A stretch of DNA of 64,000 nt from Planctomycetota bacterium (GTDB lineage: Bacteria; Planctomycetota; GCA-002687715; DRQF01), in assembly GCA_036479435.1 (NCBI GenBank), contig JAZGFI010000117.1:30615-94614 (forward strand), read 5' to 3'. The position numbers were made by a program, and so were the translations under genes. How positions within the stretch are numbered: position 1 is the stretch's first letter; the number at the start of each line of letters is the position of its first letter. The notes under the pieces were generated by a model. That model was not told the origin of the DNA. It did not search any database and saw nothing but the letters and a program-made list of their open reading frames with translations. Of the stretch, positions 39,305 through 48,367 are shown piece by piece.

Positions 39305-40834
39305 ATGAAAGAACGCAACCACGATCACCTGCTTCCAGATTTGAGTTTTGATGGCGGCGATCTCGACTGTGGCAACGGTCTGTTGCTCCTGATTCGACGT
39401 CACATCGATCCCTTGGATCAAGGAAAACTTCTCGAGATCCGATCGACCGAACCTTCAGTCGAAACAGATCTACCTTCCTGGTGCCGTCTGACGGGCAACG
39501 AACTCGTAGAGATTCTCCGCGAGGCTGAGGGAAACGTACGACGATATCTAATCCGTAAAGGTGGGCCGTCTTCGAAGCCTCCAAAGACGATCGCTTCTGC
39601 TATTCCAGCACCCCTTGAGCATCTCCTCCGTGCGGTCGTCATCCCCGAGCGGCTACCGAGACCATCACCGGCACCCGATATCGCCCCTCTCTCGACCATG
39701 TGCATCGGGAGCTGGCCGCGACCAAACTGGATGCTTCGCGCGATTCACGAGCGTTTGGAAGGTCGCACGGATCCGGTCACATTTGCGGAGACCGGCAATG
39801 ATGCCGTGCGACTCTGCGTCGCCTCACAACTTGAGGCTGGGGTCGATGTCGTCACGGACGGCGAGCAGCGTCGTGACTCCTACGCAAGTTTCGTCGGCGG
39901 CATCCTCGACAACGCACAGTTGATTCCGCTATCTGACCTTTCCGCAATGGTCGATGATCCCGAGAAGTTTCGAGAAGAATTGGCTGCTCTCGACGTCCCG
40001 GCAGACGACGTCAGGCATCCGGTTCCGCTCGGTCCTCTCGGGCGGTCTGAACCGCTCGCAGTTCACGAGTTCGAGTTCGCCGCATCCTTGACTGACAAAC
40101 CCATCAAGATCGCATTGCCCGGTCCTTACCTGCTCACGAGAACGATGTGGCTCGATTGCCTTCGCGACAACTCCTACAACAGTCGTGAGGACGTGGCGAA
40201 GGACATCGTCAGAATCCTCCGCGAGGAGTTGCACTACCTTCTCGCGGCCGGTGTGGCCCTCGTTCAGTTCGACGAACCGGTGTTGACGGAAGTGGTCTTC
40301 ACTCGGCCGGACAAGAGCAGGAGCTTCATGTGCGGAGCCCTGAGCGAAAAAGGCGCGCCCGAAGACGAGTTACGTTTTGCTTCCGATCTCATCAACCAGG
40401 TTGTCGCCGGACTTCCCAAAGAACGGACAGCAGTACACATTTGTCGCGGCAACTGGACCAAGGACGAAGGGGCTCTTTTAGCCGGCAACTATCAACCGCT
40501 TTTGCCTTACTTGCGGTCGGCAACCGTCGGAACTCTTTTTCTCGAGTACTCTACGCCGCGCGCCGGCGAGATCGAGCTTTTGAGCCAGATTCCCGAGACC
40601 GTCCGCATCGGACTGGGCGTCGTCAACCCGCGGTCGGAGCGTGTGGAAACCGTGGAGGAGATCGTCGGCCGCGCTCGGGCGGCCATGTCTCTGATTGGTC
40701 GGGATCGACTTCTCCTCAATTCGGATTGTGGTTTCGCGACTTTTGCAGACAATCCGGTTGCTTCGGCGAGCATCGCCAAGAGCAAGCTTGTCTCGATGGC
40801 CGCAGCGACCCATCTTCTTCGCGGAGAACAATGA
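39305..40834 (+). CDS. TusA-like domain fused to a cobalamin-independent methionine synthase II (MetE C-domain)-like protein
   Basis: N-terminal FDGGDLDCGNGLL...DLPSWCRLTGN. Then IGSWPRP, VTDGEQRR, QFDEP and Zn ligands HICRGN / LEY / DCGF. Confidence 0.85.
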   Translation: MKERNHDHLLPDLSFDGGDLDCGNGLLLLIRRHIDPLDQGKLLEIRSTEPSVETDLPSWCRLTGNELVEILREAEGNVRRYLIRKGGPSSKPPKTIASAIPAPLEHLLRAVVIPERLPRPSPAPDIAPLSTMCIGSWPRPNWMLRAIHERLEGRTDPVTFAETGNDAVRLCVASQLEAGVDVVTDGEQRRDSYASFVGGILDNAQLIPLSDLSAMVDDPEKFREELAALDVPADDVRHPVPLGPLGRSEPLAVHEFEFAASLTDKPIKIALPGPYLLTRTMWLDCLRDNSYNSREDVAKDIVRILREELHYLLAAGVALVQFDEPVLTEVVFTRPDKSRSFMCGALSEKGAPEDELRFASDLINQVVAGLPKERTAVHICRGNWTKDEGALLAGNYQPLLPYLRSATVGTLFLEYSTPRAGEIELLSQIPETVRIGLGVVNPRSERVETVEEIVGRARAAMSLIGRDRLLLNSDCGFATFADNPVASASIAKSKLVSMAAATHLLRGEQ

Positions 40835-40923
40835 TAACGCTAGGCGAACCTACTCTTATGCCGGGGCGCTTTATCAAAGAGGCCGAAGCGCGAGAAAAGT
40901 CAGCCGATGTCGAATCGACGTTT

Positions 40924-41174
40924 AGACTTTGGGGATGAGCCAAAGAACGATTCGCCACGCCGGAGCGTTTTTTCGCGGATCGCTTCGTGATCAACTACTG
41001 CCCGCTGATCTTCCTCGAACAGGGCGGTCGTAGGTCGTAATCGAATTCCCGACAAACTACTGGCCGCGGATCGAATCCATCCCGCACCCCAGCCCGGCAT
41101 CTCCAGCCGCCAACCGTGGCTGGGCCGCCCTCGTCGACCGACGCTTGGCTGAGCTTGGAATCGACTGGTACTAA
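40924..41174 (+). pseudogene. Decayed duplicate of the SMUG1 3' end (right direct repeat)
   Basis: Matches 34755-35135 but has TGG>TGA, a 7-nt duplication (GGTCGTA x2), a ~140-nt internal deletion and many synonymous changes. Confidence 0.88.
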
Positions 41175-41393
41175 CCCAGTTATAGCTAATGACATTCAGA
41201 GCCTCTTCTGGTGCTAGCATCAGTGACATGAGCTCGGATAGTCCCCAGTCATTGGTCGCCATGGTTTTGGCGAATGCAGCTAGCGCGAACAATAGATGGG
41301 CGGTAGTGCGCACAGAAACTCCGCTAACAGATTGCTTTGGCAACCAGTTACGGCTTGTGCCATACTTAGACTAGCCAGAAACATAGTTAGGAG

Positions 41394-41675
41394 ATGTGGG
41401 TGGAGCGCGAAAAGATCGGGGTCTTCGACGTGAAGACCCATTTCTCAGAGATCGTCGACCGGGTTCTCAAGGACGGCCGCACGATCACCGTTACGCGCCG
41501 CGGCGAGCCTGTGGTCGAGATCTCCCCCTGTCAGAAAAAAGTCGCCAGCGGTCGGATGACCAAGGGTGAAGCCCTGAAAGCATTCGACGAGCTTCGCGCC
41601 CGGCTTCCCAAGATGAAGCGCGATGAAATCGTCGAACTCGTCCATGAAGGCCGCAAGCCGTGTCCGAATTCGTAG
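41394..41675 (+). CDS. Phd/YefM family antitoxin
   Basis: IGVFDVKTHFSEIVDRV...ITVTRRGEPV. Confidence 0.88.
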   Translation: MWVEREKIGVFDVKTHFSEIVDRVLKDGRTITVTRRGEPVVEISPCQKKVASGRMTKGEALKAFDELRARLPKMKRDEIVELVHEGRKPCPNS

Positions 41676-42086
41676 TCGACGGCAGCGTGACCATGGCTTG
41701 GCTCTTCGATGAGCAGGAGCACCGGGAGTGGTTCACAGAAGGGCTCGGGCGCGCGACCATGGTCGCGCCCTGTTGCGGTGACCAACACCATGCTGGTCAA
41801 AGAGCGCCGTAGAGACATTTCGGTCGCTGACGGGAGCCGGTTCCTTCAAATCGTCGATGCCCTGCAAATTGATATCGTCGGGGAACCTGGTCAGCGCAGC
41901 CTTGAGGCGCTCGCAAACTTTGCCCGACCTCACCAACTGACGTCCTACGACGCACTCTACCTGGAGCTGGCGATTAGCCTCGGCCTGCCCCTGTGTACCC
42001 TGGACCGAAACCTCCAGAGTGCGGCGCGCAGATGCGGCGTAGATCTCATCATCGACTTTGAGCGTGACGGGAAGACGGATTCATGA
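41660..42086 (+). pseudogene. vapC: VapC/PIN toxin, frameshifted near 41770
   Basis: GTG 41660 gives MSEFVVDGSVTMAWLF...MVAP. The frame then changes to VTNTMLVKERR...LTSYDALYLELA..LCTLDRNL. Confidence 0.8.
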
Positions 42087-42179
42087 TCTAGGATCTTCGG
42101 GTTCTAAGGTAAGTCTGCGGCCTTTTGGCGAGAGCGAATCCGCTGTCCGCGGCGCGACGACGGACGGCAACCAGGCGGT

Positions 42180-42294
42180 GGTGTATCTTCTCTTTTGTAC
42201 TTTCCTCTTCGGCTTCTCTTCTCAGCTGCGGGTCTCGGCAAGCCGCGCCCGAGAAGAAGGGCTGAAGAGGAAAGTACAGAAGAGAAGTTGCACC
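42180..42294 (+). repeat. Long imperfect inverted repeat (44-bp stem)
   Basis: 42180-42223 pairs with 42251-42294: 37 Watson-Crick pairs, 5 G-U pairs, 2 mismatches. Confidence 0.85.
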
Positions 42295-42324
42295 AGCCCG
42301 CGTCGCACGAAACTGGAAAGCGTT

Positions 42325-44844
42325 CTATTCCTTGATTTGGATGCTCGTGGCTTGGCTGATGGAAGTGGCGCTCATGGCCTGGGCCCAGAACTCGCCGCGC
42401 AGCCATTTCGGTGGGTCGAGGAAGGCTTGGGCGGCGCCGTTGGTATCGGTCTGAAGGATGATCGTGAAGGGCTTTCCGTCGGGAGTGGCGAGCACTTTTT
42501 GGGGATCGATGCGGGCCAAACCTCGGTGGGCTTCAATGGGCTTCGGGGTCGCGAGTGCTTCCTTGGCGAAGAATACTTCGTAGCGGGATTCGATTTCCGC
42601 GCCGCGAAGGGCGATTTGAAGCCGTCCTTCGGGCCCAAGCGGCTCGATGGAGAGGGCGGCTTGCTCGACGGGATTCTGATGTCGGGTCAAGGCGGGCAGG
42701 ATGCGGATGCGTTCGATGACGGCGGAGTCGCCGAGTGCTGGCCTTATCGTGAGCGTCCTGACGCCGCCTTTGCCGAGAGGGATGCGCCAGGTGTTTTGGC
42801 CTTCGGGCTTGGTGAAGAGCTGCCGGACGCGCTGGTTGGAGCCGTCGCGAGGGAACCAGGAAATGGACCAGGGAACTCCGGCAGGGGTGGCGCCAAAAGT
42901 CGCGACGATTTCGAGGTCGATCGGACCCTTGAGTTGTTGTTGGCCGGGCTGCCATTTTAATCGTGTGGTTGCAGATGTGCGCTGGAGCATTAAGCCGCGC
43001 CGAGTCTCGCGAGGGTCGGTGTTGACGGCGATCAGAAAATCGGGTCCGCTGCGCCCCAAGATTCGGGCCTCGACGCTCGGTTCCAACAAGATGATCGAGG
43101 GGGCGCTGTTCCAGTAGGTCCATCCCCCGGTTGCCAGAACGAAGAACAGCAAAAAGGCCACCGCCCAACCGTAGCGATCCAAACCGGGAATGCGAGGGCA
43201 GTAGCTCGCGATCGCCGCCCCCAGCAGTGGAACCAGCAGGGGATACGCTGGGATCAAGTAGTTTTCGACATCAACAAACCAGGCGGCCTCAAGCCAGGAA
43301 ACAAGGGTGATCCTGGAGCCGATCGCGAACAGGAACACCAAAGCTGCGACTAACAATGGCGTTAATTTACGGCGGCGAACGATGCCTATTGCTAGCAACA
43401 AGAAAGCGGCGACGCCAATCCATACCAATGTTCGCGAATAGAGAACGCGAATGCGTTCCGCGAGATCGGACTTTTTGAAAAGATCGCGTATGCCGGACCC
43501 GAACTCTCGACCCAAGATGCGTTCGAATTGTTCGCGCTCGGCCTCGTCAACTTCAAGTCGAGGAAGTCGCGGCGCGGGTCTCGTGACGCTATCTTCAACT
43601 TGGAAGAGGTCAGTGGCATTGTCCGAAAAGCTTAGGAAAAAGGGGCTGAAGAGCTCGCTTCGCACCTCTGGATACTGAGAATGCCGAGGCCCGCCAGCGG
43701 AGAGTTTGCCCTTGGCTATCGCCTCTTCGATTTCAGCTGCCATGCGGTCATAGAATTCTGCGGCGGCGCTTGGCGTCGACGCCTGCTTTGATTCCATCAC
43801 GGCCACTCGAACGGAAAAGATCAAAAAAACTGCCTGGCGCTCGTCGTTTGCGGCCAACATGTGCGGGAGGCGAAACGCTGGGCTCTCGAGCCAATTCCTC
43901 AAGGACGCGAATGCCGGTGAGACGGCATAGAGCTTTTGTCGGGAAGTCGCCGAAAGCGGCTCGTAGCGCTCCCAATCGGCACAAGCTACCCGTTGGATTG
44001 CGCCCATCGCTCGATTGTAGGCCGGCTCTTTGAGTTCCTGTCGAACCCGCATCCCGTAGTAATGTTCGTTGAGGCGTGACCAGCCCTCATTGGTTCCGAC
44101 CACCATTGCCGTTGGGATGCACAAAAGAACCAAGGTGCTCATCCAAGCGAGTTTGGCTCCGCGTTGTCGTTCCAACAAATAGTGGCCACCAGCCAATGCA
44201 AAGAGTGCGGGCAAAATCCAGACGCCTTCGCCGCGGGTGATAAACAGCCACGAAGTGGCGAGCCCCAGCGCGGCCGACTGCAGGAAGCGACTAAAAAAAG
44301 TGGCACGAGCCAAAAGCCCAATGCCCAGGGCCAAGACGATTAGGGTCAAAGATGCGTAGAATCCATCGCGAATGACTCGTCGCGCGACCTCGCCGAAAAG
44401 GACCGGATGAAAAAGCGTCAGCAAAAAGATCAAAGACGCGAGCAGTCGACCCATTCCTATTCGGCGAAAAGCAACGAAAAGCATCAAGGAAGCGATACCG
44501 TGGAAAAGGCTCTCGGAGAATCGACGCGGCAAACCCAAACTGGTATTGCCCGCCAAGAAGATGGAGAAGCCCGGCCCTTTGGTGAGCAAGCGGTGGTCGT
44601 AGGGGCCAAGCCACTCACCATCGAGCAGCGAGGCCGCTTGGCGGACGTACAAGGCGTCGTCGACGTCCAAGTGGAAAAAGCTGGGCGCAAAGTCGCCAGC
44701 CAACCAAATGCGGCAGCCGATGGCGAGCAACAGCACCAGCCCCAAAAGGATCGAGTTGCGATCCGGTTTGGGCCGGTTGCTTTCGTCCACGCTCTCGGCG
44801 TCGGCTTCTATGTGCATCGAGATCAATCCCTCCGCGGGGATCAT
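42325..44844 (-). CDS. Multi-TM GT-C/PMT-like membrane glycosyltransferase with a soluble C-terminal extension
   Basis: DDALY motif after TM1, KGPGFS, TRGEG, more than 10 TMs. Confidence 0.6.
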   Translation of the reverse strand: MIPAEGLISMHIEADAESVDESNRPKPDRNSILLGLVLLLAIGCRIWLAGDFAPSFFHLDVDDALYVRQAASLLDGEWLGPYDHRLLTKGPGFSIFLAGNTSLGLPRRFSESLFHGIASLMLFVAFRRIGMGRLLASLIFLLTLFHPVLFGEVARRVIRDGFYASLTLIVLALGIGLLARATFFSRFLQSAALGLATSWLFITRGEGVWILPALFALAGGHYLLERQRGAKLAWMSTLVLLCIPTAMVVGTNEGWSRLNEHYYGMRVRQELKEPAYNRAMGAIQRVACADWERYEPLSATSRQKLYAVSPAFASLRNWLESPAFRLPHMLAANDERQAVFLIFSVRVAVMESKQASTPSAAAEFYDRMAAEIEEAIAKGKLSAGGPRHSQYPEVRSELFSPFFLSFSDNATDLFQVEDSVTRPAPRLPRLEVDEAEREQFERILGREFGSGIRDLFKKSDLAERIRVLYSRTLVWIGVAAFLLLAIGIVRRRKLTPLLVAALVFLFAIGSRITLVSWLEAAWFVDVENYLIPAYPLLVPLLGAAIASYCPRIPGLDRYGWAVAFLLFFVLATGGWTYWNSAPSIILLEPSVEARILGRSGPDFLIAVNTDPRETRRGLMLQRTSATTRLKWQPGQQQLKGPIDLEIVATFGATPAGVPWSISWFPRDGSNQRVRQLFTKPEGQNTWRIPLGKGGVRTLTIRPALGDSAVIERIRILPALTRHQNPVEQAALSIEPLGPEGRLQIALRGAEIESRYEVFFAKEALATPKPIEAHRGLARIDPQKVLATPDGKPFTIILQTDTNGAAQAFLDPPKWLRGEFWAQAMSATSISQATSIQIKE

Positions 44845-44942
44845 CTCATGCTCGCCGAGCCTGTGGAAGGTCAGATTCTCGAAAGAACGCCGCGATACCC
44901 CGTTCGTTCATCTCGGGCCATGGCGTTAAGGAGCAAAACCGG

Positions 44943-47591
44943 GTGATCCGAGCCGCACTACCCGTTGATGACAAGCTCCCGGAACTGGCCGCCGCATTGG
45001 ATTCCTGCGGAGTCGTGGTCTTGCTAGCCGAGCCTGGAGCGGGCAAGACCACGCGCGTACCGCCGTTCTTGGCATTGAGGAACGAGGAGCGGCGGGCGCA
45101 GAAAGGCCCAGGGGCTGGAGGGCGGGTTTTGGTTTTAGAGCCGCGCCGCGTTGCCGCCCGGGCCGCGGCCTCGCGAATGGCGCAAGAGGATTCGAGCGAA
45201 GTGGGCCAACGTTTTGGCTATCAAGTTCGGCTTGAGAAGCGTTGGGGCGCGGATTCAAGAGTCGTCGTCTTAACCGAGGGTTTACTGCTGAGGTTTTTGC
45301 AGAACGACCCGGAGCTTTCAGGCGTTGCCACGGTGGTGTTGGATGAATTTCACGAGCGAAGTCGCTACGCCGATCTTTGTTTGGCACTGCTGAAGGAAAT
45401 GCGTCGCGAGCTGCGACCTGATCTTGAGATTGTTGTGATGTCGGCGACTCTGGATGCGGCGGCGATTTCGATTTATCTGGACGAAGCGCCCATCGTCGTG
45501 ACGCCCGGACGCCAATTCCCGGTGGAGTCGACCTGGCTGGGCGGCAACGCCGTCATGGGCCGTCTCAGCGGCAAGAAAATTGCCGACCGGATGAGCGAAG
45601 TCTTGCGGGGATGGCTCCCAGATCTTGATCCTTCTGATCGGGGCGAGAATGGAGTCCTGGCGTTTTTGCCAGGCGCGGGCGAGATCAATCAATGCTTGGG
45701 GGCGCTAGCCGGCGTCGCGGAATCCGCTGGCGTTGAGCTGCATGCTTTGCATGGCTCGTTGAGTCTCGACCGTCAGTTGCGCGCCACCAAGCCCTCGGCC
45801 CGAACCAAGATCGTTCTGGCAAGCAATGTGGCCGAAACGTCGCTGACCGTGGCGGGCATTTCTTGCGTCATCGATAGCGGCTATGAGCGTCGGCTGTCTT
45901 TTGACGCCGGCTTGGGATTGGATCGCCTCGAGTTGACACGGATCTCCAAGAGCTCGGCGACGCAACGCGCCGGCCGTGCGGGACGAACCGGGCCGGGCCG
46001 CTGCATGAAGTTGTGGACGCGACAAGACGAAGCGGGCATGGAACTCTTCACTCCGCCCGATGTGCGGCGGATCGATTTGGCAGAGTTGGTGCTCGAGGTC
46101 TTGGCCTGGGGCTGTAGTGATCCTGAGGCCTTTGATTGGTTTGAGACGCCTCCGGCCGAATCTTTGGCGGCGGCGGTCAATCAACTTTTGGCATTAGGGG
46201 CGATTAGGGGGAAGAACGGTCGCTGGCTACTCAGCGATGTTGGGCGCGAGATCGCCAAATTGGGGATGGTGCCGCGCCTGGGGCGACTGCTCATCGAGGC
46301 AAATCGTGAAGGTGCGCTTCAATCGGGAGCTCGCCTGGTCACGCTGTTGTCCGAGCGCGACTTGTTTCGCCAACACCGGCATCAAAGCCATCACCGCCAA
46401 CAACACAAGTTGCCAAGCGTCACTTTGGAGTCAGATCTCGCCGATCGCCTTATATGGTTAGAGACGGCGCCCGGCTCGGAGCTTGATCCTCGGCGGCGTC
46501 GCGAGATCCTCCGTCGCTCTGAACAGCTTGAGAGTCGGTTGAGAACTCGCAAACCATCGGATGCCACAAGGCGCACGCCACCGCGTGACTCGAGACGCAA
46601 GACGACCAAGGATGGAGATTCGAATGAGTGGGCCTGGTTGGCTCCCGCCCTGTTGTCGGCCTGGCCGGATCGAGTTGCGAAGCGACGACAAGTGCGTTCC
46701 CCTGAAGCGATCATGGTGGGGGGGAGAGGACTGAAACTGGAGCCAGGCTCCAAAGTTGTCGATGCCGAACTGTTCATCGCCGTGGAGCTTTCCGCCGGGG
46801 CCAGAGGAGCACAGTCCGTTTCACCGGTGCGCCTGGCGAGTGCTATCGAGCGCGAGGACTTAGAACGTGTAGTTCCAGAGGCTCTGGCCACCGTTGATGT
46901 CTGTTACTTCGACGAGGCCAAAGAGCGCGTGAAGTCGCGCCGTGAATGGCGGTACCAAGACCTCGTTCTTGAGACGCGAGATGCGGGCACGCCAGATCCC
47001 GAGGAAGCCGCGACGGTCTTAGCGGAAGCTTTTCGCCGCCAGCCACATCGGGTCTTAGAGAAGCTAGAGGAAGCTGAATTTCAAACCCTGCGCCTTAGAT
47101 TGGAGCTCTTGGCCGGCGCGCGACCGGAACTCAAGATCGTTCCCATCGAGGAAGCGCGCCTTATCGACTACATTGCCGCTTGCACCCCGGGCTGCCGCAG
47201 CTTCGCCGACCTTAGAAAGCTCTCCTTGGCGGCGATGATTCGGGCGGAGCTGAATCCCCTGCAGGCCAAAGCCCTCGCGACGGAGATGCCGCAGTCCGTC
47301 GTCTTGCCCAACGGTCGCTCGCTGAAGATCCGCTACGAACCCGGGCAAGAACCAACGATCGCCGCGCGCGTTCAACATCTCTTTGGCCTTTGGCAAGCCC
47401 CTCGTCTCGCGCAGGGGCGCATCGACCTTAGGATTGAAATATTGGCGCCGAATCAGCGCCCGGTTCAGGTCACGACGGACCTTGAGAGCTTTTGGACCAG
47501 CACCTACCGTCAAGTTCGCAAGGACTTAAGAGGGCGCTACCCCAAACACGATTGGCCCGAGACGCCGCCGCCGCCCGTTACCTTGGGGTGA
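44943..47591 (+). CDS. hrpB: ATP-dependent RNA helicase HrpB
   Basis: GAGKTT, DEFHER, MSAT, SNVAETSLT, QRAGRAGR and RGRYPKHDWP motifs. Confidence 0.95.
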   Translation: MIRAALPVDDKLPELAAALDSCGVVVLLAEPGAGKTTRVPPFLALRNEERRAQKGPGAGGRVLVLEPRRVAARAAASRMAQEDSSEVGQRFGYQVRLEKRWGADSRVVVLTEGLLLRFLQNDPELSGVATVVLDEFHERSRYADLCLALLKEMRRELRPDLEIVVMSATLDAAAISIYLDEAPIVVTPGRQFPVESTWLGGNAVMGRLSGKKIADRMSEVLRGWLPDLDPSDRGENGVLAFLPGAGEINQCLGALAGVAESAGVELHALHGSLSLDRQLRATKPSARTKIVLASNVAETSLTVAGISCVIDSGYERRLSFDAGLGLDRLELTRISKSSATQRAGRAGRTGPGRCMKLWTRQDEAGMELFTPPDVRRIDLAELVLEVLAWGCSDPEAFDWFETPPAESLAAAVNQLLALGAIRGKNGRWLLSDVGREIAKLGMVPRLGRLLIEANREGALQSGARLVTLLSERDLFRQHRHQSHHRQQHKLPSVTLESDLADRLIWLETAPGSELDPRRRREILRRSEQLESRLRTRKPSDATRRTPPRDSRRKTTKDGDSNEWAWLAPALLSAWPDRVAKRRQVRSPEAIMVGGRGLKLEPGSKVVDAELFIAVELSAGARGAQSVSPVRLASAIEREDLERVVPEALATVDVCYFDEAKERVKSRREWRYQDLVLETRDAGTPDPEEAATVLAEAFRRQPHRVLEKLEEAEFQTLRLRLELLAGARPELKIVPIEEARLIDYIAACTPGCRSFADLRKLSLAAMIRAELNPLQAKALATEMPQSVVLPNGRSLKIRYEPGQEPTIAARVQHLFGLWQAPRLAQGRIDLRIEILAPNQRPVQVTTDLESFWTSTYRQVRKDLRGRYPKHDWPETPPPPVTLG

Positions 47592-47895
47592 CGACGCTAC
47601 CCTGAGGGCCTACTTTCAAGTGTCGGGCCGAACGTCGCCTTGCTCCCGGCGGCAGCGTCTTGGATAGTCAAGATAGCCTTAAGTCCAAACGCCTGATGCC
47701 GTTGCGCGTCTTGTTTCATTGCCATGGCTGTACCGAGCTGAGAATGGAACGCCAGTCGCGAAGTACCAAGTGGCCGCGGCTCGGCCCTTGGTCGGCAGTA
47801 GGGGGACTGGGGGTTGGGCCGCGCGCCGTCTTTTTTTGGCTTCCCGGTTATGATCCTGCCCTTGGCAAGGGATTTGATCTTAGGGGAGTTGGAAG

Positions 47896-48327
47896 ATGAG
47901 CATGAATCGCCTGTGGATGACGGCCCTGGTTTGTGGCTTTTTCGCGATGGGATTGACGGTCGCCTGTGAGAGTACGGGCGACATGAATTCACCCGAAAAC
48001 CTAGCCGGCCAAATCGACCATGAGGGCGCCGAAGTCGGTGCGGTTAGTGCCTTGATCGGCCTGGATCGCAGCCGCATTTTCACGGCGGCCCAAGCGGCAC
48101 TTTCAGGCCAAGGTCGCCTTCTCGGTGCCTGGCCCGAAAGCGGGCGCCTTGAGGGTGTGGTCCAAGCGAGTTCCGTCGTCGTGAGTTTGTTGCCCGTGGA
48201 CCGCGGGCTGACGAGGCTGTTGATAGAGGCGGCGCCGATGGCCGGAAGTGGTGATGTCAGCAGCATCGCCGCGGCGCTTTTGCAATCGACGATCGCGCAG
48301 CTTACCGGCGTTCCCACTGGGTTTTGA
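47896..48327 (+). CDS. Hypothetical lipoprotein
   Basis: GGAG RBS; lipobox LTVAC. Confidence 0.55.
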   Translation: MSMNRLWMTALVCGFFAMGLTVACESTGDMNSPENLAGQIDHEGAEVGAVSALIGLDRSRIFTAAQAALSGQGRLLGAWPESGRLEGVVQASSVVVSLLPVDRGLTRLLIEAAPMAGSGDVSSIAAALLQSTIAQLTGVPTGF

Positions 48328-48367
48328 AAAGCGACCGGGCACTTTTAGGCGGCGAATCGCCGCGGGC

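Larger units (their letters stand above)
35136..40923 (+). mobile_element. Putative inserted cassette bounded by duplicated SMUG1 3' ends; no integrase seen
   Basis: Direct-repeat flanks around a self-contained promoter, leader and five-gene operon. Confidence 0.55.

Noticed and set aside
40868..40900. TTATCAAAGAGG resembling the start of a SAM-I riboswitch
   Set aside because: The other SAM-I elements are absent, and it lies downstream of the MetE-like gene rather than upstream.
41170..41392. Integron attC-like CTAAC...GTTAG boxes
   Set aside because: No internal dyad symmetry, boxes deviate from RYYYAAC/GTTRRRY, and no integron integrase is present.
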